Shown in pieces: positions 15,961 to 25,042 of a DNA stretch of 39,261 nucleotides. The position numbers and the translations under genes are program-made. Origin of the DNA: Candidatus Magasanikbacteria bacterium CG_4_10_14_0_2_um_filter_37_12 (GTDB lineage: Bacteria; Patescibacteriota; Patescibacteriia; Magasanikbacterales; UBA922); contig PFPK01000046.1 in NCBI GenBank assembly GCA_002793015.1, positions 1 to 39,261 of the forward strand. Reading direction: 5' to 3'. The notes below the pieces were generated by a model, which worked only from the letters and a program-made list of their open reading frames with translations, was not told the DNA's origin and searched no databases. The stretch's first letter is position 1. Every line of letters begins with the position of its first letter.

Positions 15961-17268
15961 TCATAACAAAGCTAAATTTTTTCTTACCTCTTCACGATCA
16001 TCCCATGCAATCATCCTCCCGCCAGCTATGCACATAGCTTGTTCACTTCCTTTACCAGTAACTAGAATCAAATCCTCTTCTCTAGCAATTTCAAGAGCTT
16101 TCTTAATACCCTCTCCCCTATCCAAAATTTTGAACAAATTTTTGTTTGGTATTTTTCCTGTTTTTGCTACCGCACTTGCTACATCATTGATTATTTCCAT
16201 TGGGTCATCATCATAAGAATCTTCGTCTGTCACAATGCAGATGTCTGCTCGTTCCCCAATCAAACTACCAACTGTAAAACGACGTTCTTTATCTCTTCCT
16301 CCTCCAGTCGACCCAAAAACGTGAATGACTCTTTTTGGCTTAAGTAAATCGACAATTTGATAGAGAGCAGTCATAGCATGTGGCTCAAAAGCATAATCTA
16401 CGATTACCTGAAAACCATATTCTTCTGCTTCTTTTATAAATTCTACTCGTCCCGGCACATTCTTAAACTCATTTGTTGCTTCCTGAATGACACTCCAAGA
16501 GATATCTAACTGACGGGCTATTACTACCACTGCCAATATATTATAAATATTATGTTCACCATACATACTGACATTAAACTCCCGATCATGAATTTTGAAA
16601 TGTAGGCCGTTTTTATCAACAATAATATCTTTTGGTTCAAAATCAGAACCAATACCAAATTTTATTTTATTTTCAAAATTAAAATCCAAAAACTTAGTAA
16701 AACCCTTGACTTCCTTATTAACAATCGCTGTTTTCAAAATTGATTTATTATTTATAATTTTAGATTTGTGATTTGCAACATAGTCAAACAAGTCTAATTT
16801 AGCCTGTTTGTATGCCTCAAAACTACCGTGTGATTCGATATGCTCTGGATAAAGATTGGTAAGAATCATCATGTCATAATTGATAAATTTATGACGATGT
16901 TGAACACGGCCTTCTGAAGTAGTCTCAACAATGGCAATATCACAACCTTTCTCAACCATTTTACGCAAGTATTTTTGAATTTTCATCCGTCCAAGCATGG
17001 TCATTTTTTGATCGTTTAACTTTTCCAAGCCTGCAATATAAAAATCAATAGTAGAAAGTACGCCAACAGTATGTCCAGAGCTCTCAAGTAACTGTCTAAG
17101 CAAATAAGCTGTAGTGGACTTTCCACTAGTCCCCGTAATTCCAATCACCAATAATTCTTCTGAAGGATGCTTATATTTGACCGCTCCATACCACGCCCAA
17201 AAAAGATGTCTTAGATTTAAGATTTTTTTTGGGATTAATTTTTTAAGCATTGATTTAATCTGATTCAT
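15961..17268 (-). CDS. Mur ligase family protein, MurE-like but with a short N-terminus
   Basis: It has the P-loop IGITGTSGKSTT, ETTSEG, TNLYPEHIESHGSFEAYKQAKLDLF, FGSTGGGRD and VTDEDSYDDDP (in place of the MurE T-DNPR-E-P). The start is trimmed to MNQIKSML (17268). The 28-codon GTG-initiated extension in the ORF track runs into a GC-rich spacer. Confidence 0.7.
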   Translation of the reverse strand: MNQIKSMLKKLIPKKILNLRHLFWAWYGAVKYKHPSEELLVIGITGTSGKSTTAYLLRQLLESSGHTVGVLSTIDFYIAGLEKLNDQKMTMLGRMKIQKYLRKMVEKGCDIAIVETTSEGRVQHRHKFINYDMMILTNLYPEHIESHGSFEAYKQAKLDLFDYVANHKSKIINNKSILKTAIVNKEVKGFTKFLDFNFENKIKFGIGSDFEPKDIIVDKNGLHFKIHDREFNVSMYGEHNIYNILAVVVIARQLDISWSVIQEATNEFKNVPGRVEFIKEAEEYGFQVIVDYAFEPHAMTALYQIVDLLKPKRVIHVFGSTGGGRDKERRFTVGSLIGERADICIVTDEDSYDDDPMEIINDVASAVAKTGKIPNKNLFKILDRGEGIKKALEIAREEDLILVTGKGSEQAMCIAGGRMIAWDDREEVRKNLALL

Positions 17269-17494
17269 ATTTATATTATACTCTTCGTCGTATACTAAGC
17301 TTACTGCATCCCAACCAAGACGCCAGGGTGTCTTCGGGTGTCCCACAGCCACTCTTGCACAAAAGGAGTGATAACCTGCGGTGTTTTCTATGGTCGTAGT
17401 GTTGGCAAAAAGTTTTTTAGAAAGCCTCTATTTTTTCTTTTGTGCTCCTTTATGGGTGGCTAGCAGACTTTTTAGCCTATGTCGCCGTGGATTT

Positions 17495-18073
17495 TTATTG
17501 GCGTAAACTCAACTCGTAAACCACTCTCTCAATTTTCTGTACGGCACTTTTTGCTTGATCGAATTTGTTGCGCAGATAACTTGTTAAATTAAATTCAATA
17601 AGTTCACCCGTGATCTCAGCGGCCATTTTGCTGCACTTTTTTACCATATCTACATTACGTTCAGTCGCAGACTTGATAGCATAGCGATAGAGCTCTCCTG
17701 GCACGTCGCAAAGTCCAGCGATATATATTTCTCCTGGAATATTGATGCTCTTGATTTCATCAATTTTGTTAGTAGTGATAAATTGGTAAAACAATACTGC
17801 CTCCACATATTCTTCAAGAGCAGCTTTGTAAGCGCCTTCATCAAGAATTGCCTTACTATTTCTATGTTTTTTATTGAGTGCTTTTATAATTTTTTCACTT
17901 TCTTTAATTTTTTCTACCGCTTCTTTCATATTGTCACGATGCATAGCAAAGATGGCACGCTTGGCGTAATGGAGAGCGTCACCAGATTCTTTTATTACAT
18001 CACGACGAACCATTGCATAGTTTAAAATGTTATTTTTTATTTTATTGAGATAAGTTTTTTTTATTGCAGACAT
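17495..18073 (-). CDS. Translin-family-like protein
   Basis: The 192-aa all-helical ORF has EEYVEAVLFYQF...IYIAGLCDVPGELYRYAI. This fits the translin pattern Y.EA...F...Y..GL.D..GEL.R as I recall it. Confidence 0.5.
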   Translation of the reverse strand: MSAIKKTYLNKIKNNILNYAMVRRDVIKESGDALHYAKRAIFAMHRDNMKEAVEKIKESEKIIKALNKKHRNSKAILDEGAYKAALEEYVEAVLFYQFITTNKIDEIKSINIPGEIYIAGLCDVPGELYRYAIKSATERNVDMVKKCSKMAAEITGELIEFNLTSYLRNKFDQAKSAVQKIERVVYELSLRQ

Positions 18074-18116
18074 AATTTCAAATTAAATGAATAATAAATT
18101 TGTTGTGTGCCATTTG

Positions 18117-20774
18117 TCATGTGGTACTTGATTTTCTAACAAGAAAAATGCCTTTAACTATTTCAATCAACATAACATTTAATAACCCAAATAATAACAT
18201 GATGCCCCAGTGTTGCCAACCCAACGCTATTGTACGTAATAAATATTGCAAATGAGGTAAGTATACAGCTCCCAAAAGCATGGCCCAACCAAAGGCTATA
18301 GACGCTGTTAAATATTTGTTATTGAAAGGATTCATATTCCAAATGTGACGACGCATACTGCGTACCGAATAAATATATAGGAGAGAATCAATACCAAGCC
18401 CCACAAACATAATAGTACGTGTCAGATCAATGTCACCTGTAATGCGCCAAAAATATAAGAAAAGGCCAAAGAGTACTATATTTGACACAATACTAATAAT
18501 CGCAATCATCGTCTTCATCTCCTTATCTAAGATTGAGTCATCTCTTTTCCTAGGAGGTTCTTTCATGTTTTCTTTGTCCCCCTTGTCAAAGGCAAGAGCC
18601 ATATTTGGGAAAGAATCTTCTATCAAATTAACCCACAAAATTTGTGCTGGCAAAATAGCTAATGGCAATCCTCCAATAAGACTTCCCGCTATCAAAATAA
18701 CCTCTGCAAAACTCCCTGACAAAAGATACAAAACAATTTTTTTGATATTTTGATAAATTCCTCTTCCTTCTTCCACAGCGTCTACAATTGTTCCAAGCCT
18801 GTCGTCTTCTAGTACAATATCAGCAGTCTCTTTGGCAACATCAGTGCCAGAGCCAAGTGCAATTCCTATATCGGCACCCTTGATAGCGGGTGCGTCATTC
18901 ACGCCATCACCTGTCATTGCCACCACTTCATCATTACGTTGAAAAGCTTGGACAATCCTTATTTTGTCTTCTGGATTGACACGAGCAAAAACTGAAATAT
19001 GTTTTACAGCTTGTTCAAGTTCATCGTTATTTATTTTTCCAAGCATTTCACCATCAAAAATATTTTCATCTTCTGCTGGCAGATTTATTTCACGAGCGAT
19101 AGACTGTGCCGTCTTGACATGGTCTCCAGTAATCATCACAATTCTTATTCCTGCTTTCTTGGCAATGTCAATGGTACTCTTCACGTCACTGCGCAAAGGA
19201 TCAGATAAGGCAAAAAGGCCAACTAAGACTACATCGTTTACATCTTTTTGATTTAATTCAGAATTTGAATTTTGTTTTTTTGAAAATCCAACGGCAATAG
19301 CCCTTAATCCTTTTTCAACAAATGTATTGAGATGCTCTTCAAAAAACTTTTTTTGTTTTTCATTTAATTTCCAAACTTTGCCATTTTTATAATAGTGGGT
19401 GGCTTTTTTAAATATTACTTCTGGAGCACCTTTAACATAAATAATTTCTTTGCCATCAATATGATGAAGAGTTGCCATGTATTTCTTGATACTATCAAAA
19501 GGTAGCTCGCCCTTTCTTGGAACTATTTTTTCAAATTCTTGTTTTTTGATTCCAATGTCAAGGCCAACACGAGCAAAAGCAATATCTGTAGTATCTCCTA
19601 CAAAAATTTCTTTATCTGTCATCTCTTGAGTGATAGCATTATTGCAGAGAATTCCGATTTTGAATGCCAAAAGAGCATCTGGGTGGTGATCTTCTTTCTC
19701 AATATGAATGACTTTTAACTCGTCGTGATCAAGATTATTTTCAGCAGTAATCAGACTAGTGATAGACATGTTGCCTTCTGTCAAAGTCCCCGTCTTGTCG
19801 GTACAGATCACACTTACCGAACCAAGTGTCTCTGCCGCAACCAGCTTCCTGACCAAAGCCTTTTTCTTCAAAATAAACTGCATTCCTACTGCCAAAATAA
19901 TCGTCAGAGAAATGACCAAGCCTTCTGGAATGGCGGCAACTGCCACAGCTACGGAAGTTCCAAACATTTCCAAAAATGTGTGTTTTTCAGAAGTGCCAAA
20001 TACTCCTAGAAAAAAAATAGCGACAGAAATAAAAAGAACTACAATAGCAATCATTTTACTTAACTTTGTCAATTGTTGTTGTAAGGGTGTCTTGTCGTCA
20101 CTAGTTTGCTTTACCAACCTGGCAATATTGCCCAACTCTGTTTTCTCTCCAACGGCTGTGACTACCACCCGAGCCCGACCGTTGGTAATAGTCGTTCCCC
20201 GAAAAACCATGTTAGTTCTGTCCCCTATTCCTGCTTCTTGTTTTATTTTTTCTTTTTGTTTTTCGACTGGTTCTGATTCCCCTGTTAGAATAGATTCATT
20301 TACTGTAAAGTCAATATTTTCTATTATCCGACCATCGGCTTGGACTTTATCTCCAGCATCGAGCAAAAGTATATCACCAACTACAATGTCTTCACTCGGG
20401 ATAAGATGTTTCTCTCCATTGCGAAGAACCATTGCTTTGTAGGTAATGAGAAAATATAATTTTTTTAGAGCATTGTCAGCTTTATTTTCTTGGACAAAAC
20501 CGACTAGGACATTCACCCCTACTGTAATACCGATGACAGTCATGTCAATAAATTCACCTAAAATTCCACTAGCAATGCCAGCTACAACCAAAATCAAAAT
20601 CAGTGGACTTGTCCACTGTTCAAAAAATATTTTGAATTTAGTCATTCCATTATCAGATTTCGGTAAAATATTTGGCCCATTTTCAGACAACATCTTCTTG
20701 GCAATGTCTTTAGATAATCCTTTTTCCGAAGAGTGCAACTTTTTTAGGACTTCTTTTGTAGAGAGTGAATGCAT
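18117..20774 (-). CDS. P2-type cation (Ca2+-type) transporting ATPase
   Basis: The 885-aa ORF has TGES, the AIPEGL TM4 motif, ICTDKTGTLT, MITGDH and MTGDGVNDAPAIKGADIGIALG. Confidence 0.9.
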   Translation of the reverse strand: MHSLSTKEVLKKLHSSEKGLSKDIAKKMLSENGPNILPKSDNGMTKFKIFFEQWTSPLILILVVAGIASGILGEFIDMTVIGITVGVNVLVGFVQENKADNALKKLYFLITYKAMVLRNGEKHLIPSEDIVVGDILLLDAGDKVQADGRIIENIDFTVNESILTGESEPVEKQKEKIKQEAGIGDRTNMVFRGTTITNGRARVVVTAVGEKTELGNIARLVKQTSDDKTPLQQQLTKLSKMIAIVVLFISVAIFFLGVFGTSEKHTFLEMFGTSVAVAVAAIPEGLVISLTIILAVGMQFILKKKALVRKLVAAETLGSVSVICTDKTGTLTEGNMSITSLITAENNLDHDELKVIHIEKEDHHPDALLAFKIGILCNNAITQEMTDKEIFVGDTTDIAFARVGLDIGIKKQEFEKIVPRKGELPFDSIKKYMATLHHIDGKEIIYVKGAPEVIFKKATHYYKNGKVWKLNEKQKKFFEEHLNTFVEKGLRAIAVGFSKKQNSNSELNQKDVNDVVLVGLFALSDPLRSDVKSTIDIAKKAGIRIVMITGDHVKTAQSIAREINLPAEDENIFDGEMLGKINNDELEQAVKHISVFARVNPEDKIRIVQAFQRNDEVVAMTGDGVNDAPAIKGADIGIALGSGTDVAKETADIVLEDDRLGTIVDAVEEGRGIYQNIKKIVLYLLSGSFAEVILIAGSLIGGLPLAILPAQILWVNLIEDSFPNMALAFDKGDKENMKEPPRKRDDSILDKEMKTMIAIISIVSNIVLFGLFLYFWRITGDIDLTRTIMFVGLGIDSLLYIYSVRSMRRHIWNMNPFNNKYLTASIAFGWAMLLGAVYLPHLQYLLRTIALGWQHWGIMLLFGLLNVMLIEIVKGIFLVRKSSTT

Positions 20775-20834
20775 AATTTTGCTAAGTTTATACGGTTATC
20801 TTAGCATATTTTTGAGTTTTGAACAAGAAAAAAA

Positions 20835-21698
20835 TTACTTCTGACAGACCCTGCAATACACGGTTCCTCTACCAGCTATTTTATTTTTTTTCAAAACATT
20901 GCTCTTACATCTTTTGCATTTCTTTCCACTCCGTCCATAAACTTTAAGAAAATTGAAAAAATTGCCTTTATTGCCATTGGCATCACGATAATCATTGAAA
21001 GTAGTCCCCCGCTCTTTCACTGCTTGTCTTAGTACTCTTATGATTGCTTTATATATTTTTTTTATTTCTGACTTTGCTAATGAATTGACTGGGCGATTTG
21101 GTAATACTTCTGCATCAAATAATGTTTCATCAACATAAATATTACCTAGTCCAACAACAAATTTTTGATTTAATAAAAATGATTTGATATTAACTTTCTT
21201 TTTTTCTAATAATTTTTCAAATTTCTCCAATGTAAATTCTTGCTCTAAAGGCTCTACTCCAAGCTTAACGTCAATTTCTTGCATTCTGTTTTCATCCGCA
21301 ATTTCGAGATAACCAAACTGACGCATATCGTTAAAAAAAAGTTGAGAACCATCGACGAAATAGAAAATAATATGACTAAATTTGTTTGGCAAAGTTTTCA
21401 AGTCTTCTTTCGTACCATGTCCTCCAGCCAAAAAATTATTTTCTCGCTTATAGATCATCTGTCCGGTCATTCGAAGATGAACAACCATACTATTTGTAGA
21501 ATTATTAATCTCAAAAATCAAATACTTGGCACGCCTTCTGATTTTGGAAAAATGATTGTTTTCAAGAAGAGTTAAAAAATTACCTTCTGGTTGTTTGACC
21601 ATTTTTGGCAGTCTCAATTCTATGTGATCAATACTAAGACCCACAATATGGGTTTTCAAATCTCGGACTATTGTCTCTATTTCTGGGAGTTCTGGCAT
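20835..21698 (-). CDS. mutM: Formamidopyrimidine-DNA glycosylase (Fpg/MutM)
   Basis: It has the N-terminal MPELPEIET and a C-terminal zinc finger CKRCKSNVLKKNKIAGRGTVYCRVCQ. The length is 287 aa. Confidence 0.9.
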   Translation of the reverse strand: MPELPEIETIVRDLKTHIVGLSIDHIELRLPKMVKQPEGNFLTLLENNHFSKIRRRAKYLIFEINNSTNSMVVHLRMTGQMIYKRENNFLAGGHGTKEDLKTLPNKFSHIIFYFVDGSQLFFNDMRQFGYLEIADENRMQEIDVKLGVEPLEQEFTLEKFEKLLEKKKVNIKSFLLNQKFVVGLGNIYVDETLFDAEVLPNRPVNSLAKSEIKKIYKAIIRVLRQAVKERGTTFNDYRDANGNKGNFFNFLKVYGRSGKKCKRCKSNVLKKNKIAGRGTVYCRVCQK

Positions 21699-21749
21699 AG
21701 ACTTGATTATGACTTTATAAGTTTATCCATGAACATAATATAACAAGTA

Positions 21750-21778
21750 TTGACTAAAAAATAAAATTTATGTATAAT
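21750..21778 (+). promoter_or_regulatory. Consensus sigma70-type promoter for tRNA-Lys
   Basis: TTGACT (21750..21755), an exactly 17-nt spacer, then TATAAT (21773..21778). It ends 20 nt upstream of the tRNA 5' end. Confidence 0.6.
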
Positions 21779-21798
21779 TTTGTCTGTACTATATTAAC

Positions 21799-21874
21799 GG
21801 TCCGGTAGCTCAGTTGGTAGAGCAGCAGCCTTTTAAGCTGATGGTCGTGGGTTCAAATCCCACCCGGATCACCA
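21799..21874 (+). tRNA. tRNA-Lys(UUU), CCA encoded
   Basis: The cloverleaf reads GGTCCGG TA GCTC AGTTGGTA GAGC A GCAGC CTTTTAA GCTGA TGGTC GTGGG TTCAAAT CCCAC CCGGATC A CCA. Confidence 0.9.
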
Positions 21875-21880
21875 ATAAAA

Positions 21881-21905
21881 AACTACCTTATTTAGGTAGT
21901 TTTTT
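21881..21905 (+). terminator. Intrinsic terminator after tRNA-Lys
   Basis: The stem pairs aactacct with aggtagtt around a 5-nt loop and is followed by TTTTT. Read on the other strand, it also sits just downstream of typA. Confidence 0.65.
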
Positions 21906-21927
21906 GATCTTAATCTAATTTTTATTC

Positions 21928-23712
21928 TTAACTCTTATTTCTCTTCCTATCCAACTCAGTCAAATGTTGCTTTCTGATTCGAATATGATGAGGAGTAATT
22001 TCCAAATATTCATCTTCGGCCATCATTTCCAGACCACTTTCTAGCGTAACCAGAAGCGGTGGAGTCAAGTTGAGTGCGTCATCTGCACCACTAGCCCGCA
22101 TATTTGTCAATTGTTTACCTTTGATCGGGTTGACAGCCATGTCTTCTCCTTTGGATGTATTACCAATCACCATACCTTCGTAAACTTCCACATTTGGTCC
22201 AATATAAATAGTACCACGATTTTGTAGATTGGCCAGAGAAAATCCGAGAGCTTTACCAGTGACCATAGAGATCATAGAACCAACACTGCGTTTTTCGATA
22301 TTACCCACATGTGTGCGGAAACCAATTACCTGACTACAAAGAATTCCTTCACCCTTTGTATCCACAATAAACTTACCACGGTATCCGAGTAGGCCACGAG
22401 ATGGAATTTCAAAAATAATTCTAGTTTGGCCATCTTTACTAGACATGTTGGCCATAATTCCTTTGCGTTTGCCCAGACCTTCAGTTACAACCCCCACAAA
22501 GGCATCTGGAATATCCACAGTAACTTCTTCAAAAGGTTCATTTTTTTGACCATCAATTTCTTTCAAAATAACTTGTGGTTGAGAAACTTGCATTTCAAAT
22601 CCTTCACGACGCATATTCTCTAGGAGAACAGCAATATGCATCTCCCCACGACCATAAATCTTGAGGTGATCAATTTCAGAAAAATCAACTTTCAATCCCA
22701 CGTTCACTTCTAGTTCTTTTTCCAATCTTTCTTTAATTTGTCTACTCGTGACAAACTTACCATCTCGTCCAGCAAAAGGAGAATTATTAACCAGAAGATT
22801 CATGGAAATAGTTGGCTCATCAATAGTGATGGCTGGCAAAGGTTCTTGTGATTCATCTACACAAATTGTCTCACCAATATAGATGTCTGGAATACCCGCA
22901 ATCATGACGAGGTCTCCAGCCACTGCTTCTTCGACATCCACTCTCTCTACACCTCTAAAGCTTTGTATCTTGGTAATGCTTCCTTTTCGAGTTTCGCCAT
23001 CAGGCTTTTTGACAACTACTTTGCTAGCATTTTTTAAAGTTCCTTCATATACTCGTCCCACCGCAAGACGACCAAGATAGTTGTCATAGCCAAGGTTGAA
23101 TGGTTGCATGCGGAATGGTTTTGTAGTATCAGATGGAGCTGGTGGGACAACCTCTAAGATAACATCCAAGATAGGCATGAGGTCTTTGTCTTCATCAGTC
23201 AAATTTCTTTTGGCATAACCACCTTTGCCGTTGGCATAGAGAGTGACGAAATCAAGTTGGTCGTCATTTGCTCCTAAATCCATAAATAGCTCGAGGACTT
23301 GATCATGAGCACGACGAGGATCTGCTGCAGGCTTATCAATTTTATTTAAAATCAAAATTGGTTTCAATCCAAGCTCTAGTGATTTTTTCAAAACAAATTT
23401 TGTCTGGGGCATTGGACCTTCCTGAGCATCCACAATCAGTAGTACAGAGTCAATGGAGCGCAAAACACGCTCTACCTCTGAACCGAAGTCAGCATGACCA
23501 GGAGTATCAACGATATTGATTTTTGTATCTTTATAAAATACTGAAGTGTTCTTAGCGTAAATCGTAATACCACGCTCCAGCTCGATAACGTTGCTATCCA
23601 TACTTGAGTCATCCTCTGGACTGACCATACCAGTCTGGCGCATCAGTCCGTCGGTCAATGTTGTCTTGCCATGGTCAACGTGAGCAATAATAGCGATGTT
23701 TCGGATGTCCAT
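21928..23712 (-). CDS. typA: Translational GTPase TypA/BipA
   Basis: The start is trimmed to MDIRNIAIIAHVDHGKTTL (23712). It has the G motifs DTPGH and NKID, and an EF-G-like domain order. The 40-codon upstream extension in the ORF track is hydrophobic nonsense. Confidence 0.9.
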   Translation of the reverse strand: MDIRNIAIIAHVDHGKTTLTDGLMRQTGMVSPEDDSSMDSNVIELERGITIYAKNTSVFYKDTKINIVDTPGHADFGSEVERVLRSIDSVLLIVDAQEGPMPQTKFVLKKSLELGLKPILILNKIDKPAADPRRAHDQVLELFMDLGANDDQLDFVTLYANGKGGYAKRNLTDEDKDLMPILDVILEVVPPAPSDTTKPFRMQPFNLGYDNYLGRLAVGRVYEGTLKNASKVVVKKPDGETRKGSITKIQSFRGVERVDVEEAVAGDLVMIAGIPDIYIGETICVDESQEPLPAITIDEPTISMNLLVNNSPFAGRDGKFVTSRQIKERLEKELEVNVGLKVDFSEIDHLKIYGRGEMHIAVLLENMRREGFEMQVSQPQVILKEIDGQKNEPFEEVTVDIPDAFVGVVTEGLGKRKGIMANMSSKDGQTRIIFEIPSRGLLGYRGKFIVDTKGEGILCSQVIGFRTHVGNIEKRSVGSMISMVTGKALGFSLANLQNRGTIYIGPNVEVYEGMVIGNTSKGEDMAVNPIKGKQLTNMRASGADDALNLTPPLLVTLESGLEMMAEDEYLEITPHHIRIRKQHLTELDRKRNKS

Positions 23713-23782
23713 AGATATAGTTGAAGATATATTTGTTATATAAATAAAATTCTCCTCTTGCTGGGGAATTCCAGTTGGCAGA

Positions 23783-23811
23783 AGTATAACGAAAAATAAG
23801 GAATTTGTCAA
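23783..23811 (-). promoter_or_regulatory. Candidate sigma70-type promoter for typA
   Basis: On the minus strand: TTGACA (23811..23806), a 17-nt spacer, then TATACT (23788..23783). Confidence 0.45.
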
Positions 23812-23869
23812 GATGAATGGATGAGGTGCCAATGGGAAATAGCAATGGGTAAAAAAGAATGTTTTGCCA

Positions 23870-25042
23870 TTATTCTCCCTTTTTCACGAAAAATAAGGTT
23901 TCTCCCTGTCCTTCGAGTAGATTGGCAATTTCTTGGAAAACAATTGCAAAACGAGTATCCGTCATTTCCTGATTCTCGTCGGTATTGTTATGCAGACACC
24001 ACAGCTCGTCAGCTATGGCTTTGAGACTTTTGTTTGATTCATGACCATGGGGATTCACACAGTATGATCTAAATACCTTAATAAGTTCTATGGCAATAGT
24101 GTCTGCATCCTTTTTTTTCATGGACGGATTTTTGACCAGCTTGTTTGCTTTGTCCATCAATCTTGGCAAGGCTTCTTTCACCACTTCTATGTTTTCCATG
24201 TAGGAAAATATCTCAAAGAAAGCCACTCCGATATAGTAATTTGCCACTTCCAGGGATTTGCCACTGTGCAGACTTTCTGAGAGAGCATGGAGTACCGACA
24301 GTGCGCGTCGGTAAAATTTTTCTGCCACTTCGTTTTGCCCGGTGAGCATGGCGTCATTGATATCATACTTTATCGAGCCAATAAAAATTTTGTAGACAAT
24401 ATTTCCGATAATGACTGCACCAAAGAAAAATGATATGAGTTTCCACCAGATACGGGCCTTGTGAATGTCCGCTACTAATGGTTGCCAAAACGGAGCACCT
24501 AGAGAGAATACACTCAAGGTAAAGAGCAGACCAAGTGAAATCGCAAATGCTTCAAACAAATTTGAGGTTAATTCAAGACCAAACGCTTCAAATTTTTGTT
24601 TCATGTTTGCCAGTGAGATGGCAAACCATGCAGTACCCGCAACCATGGTGATCGGAATGAGCACGGAAACAATAATTGTCGTATCCAGAAAAAGGATGGG
24701 AAGGATCGCCAGCAGAGCATACCAGATGGTTTTTTTGAGCCCCGAAGCGTATTTCTTTTTGACAGAGTTCTCTGCTACGGTTCGCTCAAGAGATGAGAGT
24801 TCTATCTCAAACAGATTTTTGAGCACTCGGTTGGTGATGATTCTATAAAATACAGACATACAGTGGTGAATGAAAGATAAAAAAATAAACACACAATAAG
24901 AAATATTGTACCCATATTTTGTATGTTCGTCAACAAGCAATGGTAGCAATACTAAACATAAGAGCGAGGAATTGACCACGATAGGATAGATTATAAACAT
25001 TTTTGTTTCCATTATACCTATTAACACACTTGTTAAATTCAT
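23870..25042 (-). CDS. Hypothetical polytopic membrane protein with a C-terminal helical soluble domain
   Basis: The 390-aa ORF has about 6 to 7 hydrophobic segments followed by a roughly 170-aa helical region. I recognise no motif. The 3' two-thirds are visibly GC-richer than the neighbouring genes. Confidence 0.55.
   Translation of the reverse strand: MNLTSVLIGIMETKMFIIYPIVVNSSLLCLVLLPLLVDEHTKYGYNISYCVFIFLSFIHHCMSVFYRIITNRVLKNLFEIELSSLERTVAENSVKKKYASGLKKTIWYALLAILPILFLDTTIIVSVLIPITMVAGTAWFAISLANMKQKFEAFGLELTSNLFEAFAISLGLLFTLSVFSLGAPFWQPLVADIHKARIWWKLISFFFGAVIIGNIVYKIFIGSIKYDINDAMLTGQNEVAEKFYRRALSVLHALSESLHSGKSLEVANYYIGVAFFEIFSYMENIEVVKEALPRLMDKANKLVKNPSMKKKDADTIAIELIKVFRSYCVNPHGHESNKSLKAIADELWCLHNNTDENQEMTDTRFAIVFQEIANLLEGQGETLFFVKKGE

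Noticed and set aside
17296-17410. Possible 5S rRNA, SRP (4.5S) RNA or a 16S 3'-end fragment in the GC-rich spacer, prompted by GACCATAG, CCAGG...CAGCC and AACCTGCGGT look-alikes.
   Set aside because: There is no 5'/3' terminal helix and no loop C/E pattern of 5S. The GGAA-capped helix 8 motif of SRP RNA is absent. The 16S-like match is only about 10 nt. It is kept only as an unclassified candidate RNA.
19725-20844. Long plus-strand ORFs (94, 227 and 132 aa) across the Ca2+-type ATPase gene.
   Set aside because: They are antisense to an 885-aa ORF that carries every P-type ATPase motif. Their products are low-complexity Ser/Pro/Thr-rich sequences typical of antisense frames.
23713-23832. N-terminal extensions of tracked ORFs: typA to 23832, the Mur ligase to 17352, 6366..7082, 6910..7464, 5929..6471 and 38085..38399.
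   Set aside because: The extensions use upstream or alternative starts. They overlap neighbouring genes or terminators, or add sequence unlike protein ahead of canonical N-termini (for example MDIRNIAIIAHVDHGKT for TypA). Internal ATG starts give sensible signal peptides or family-typical N-termini.
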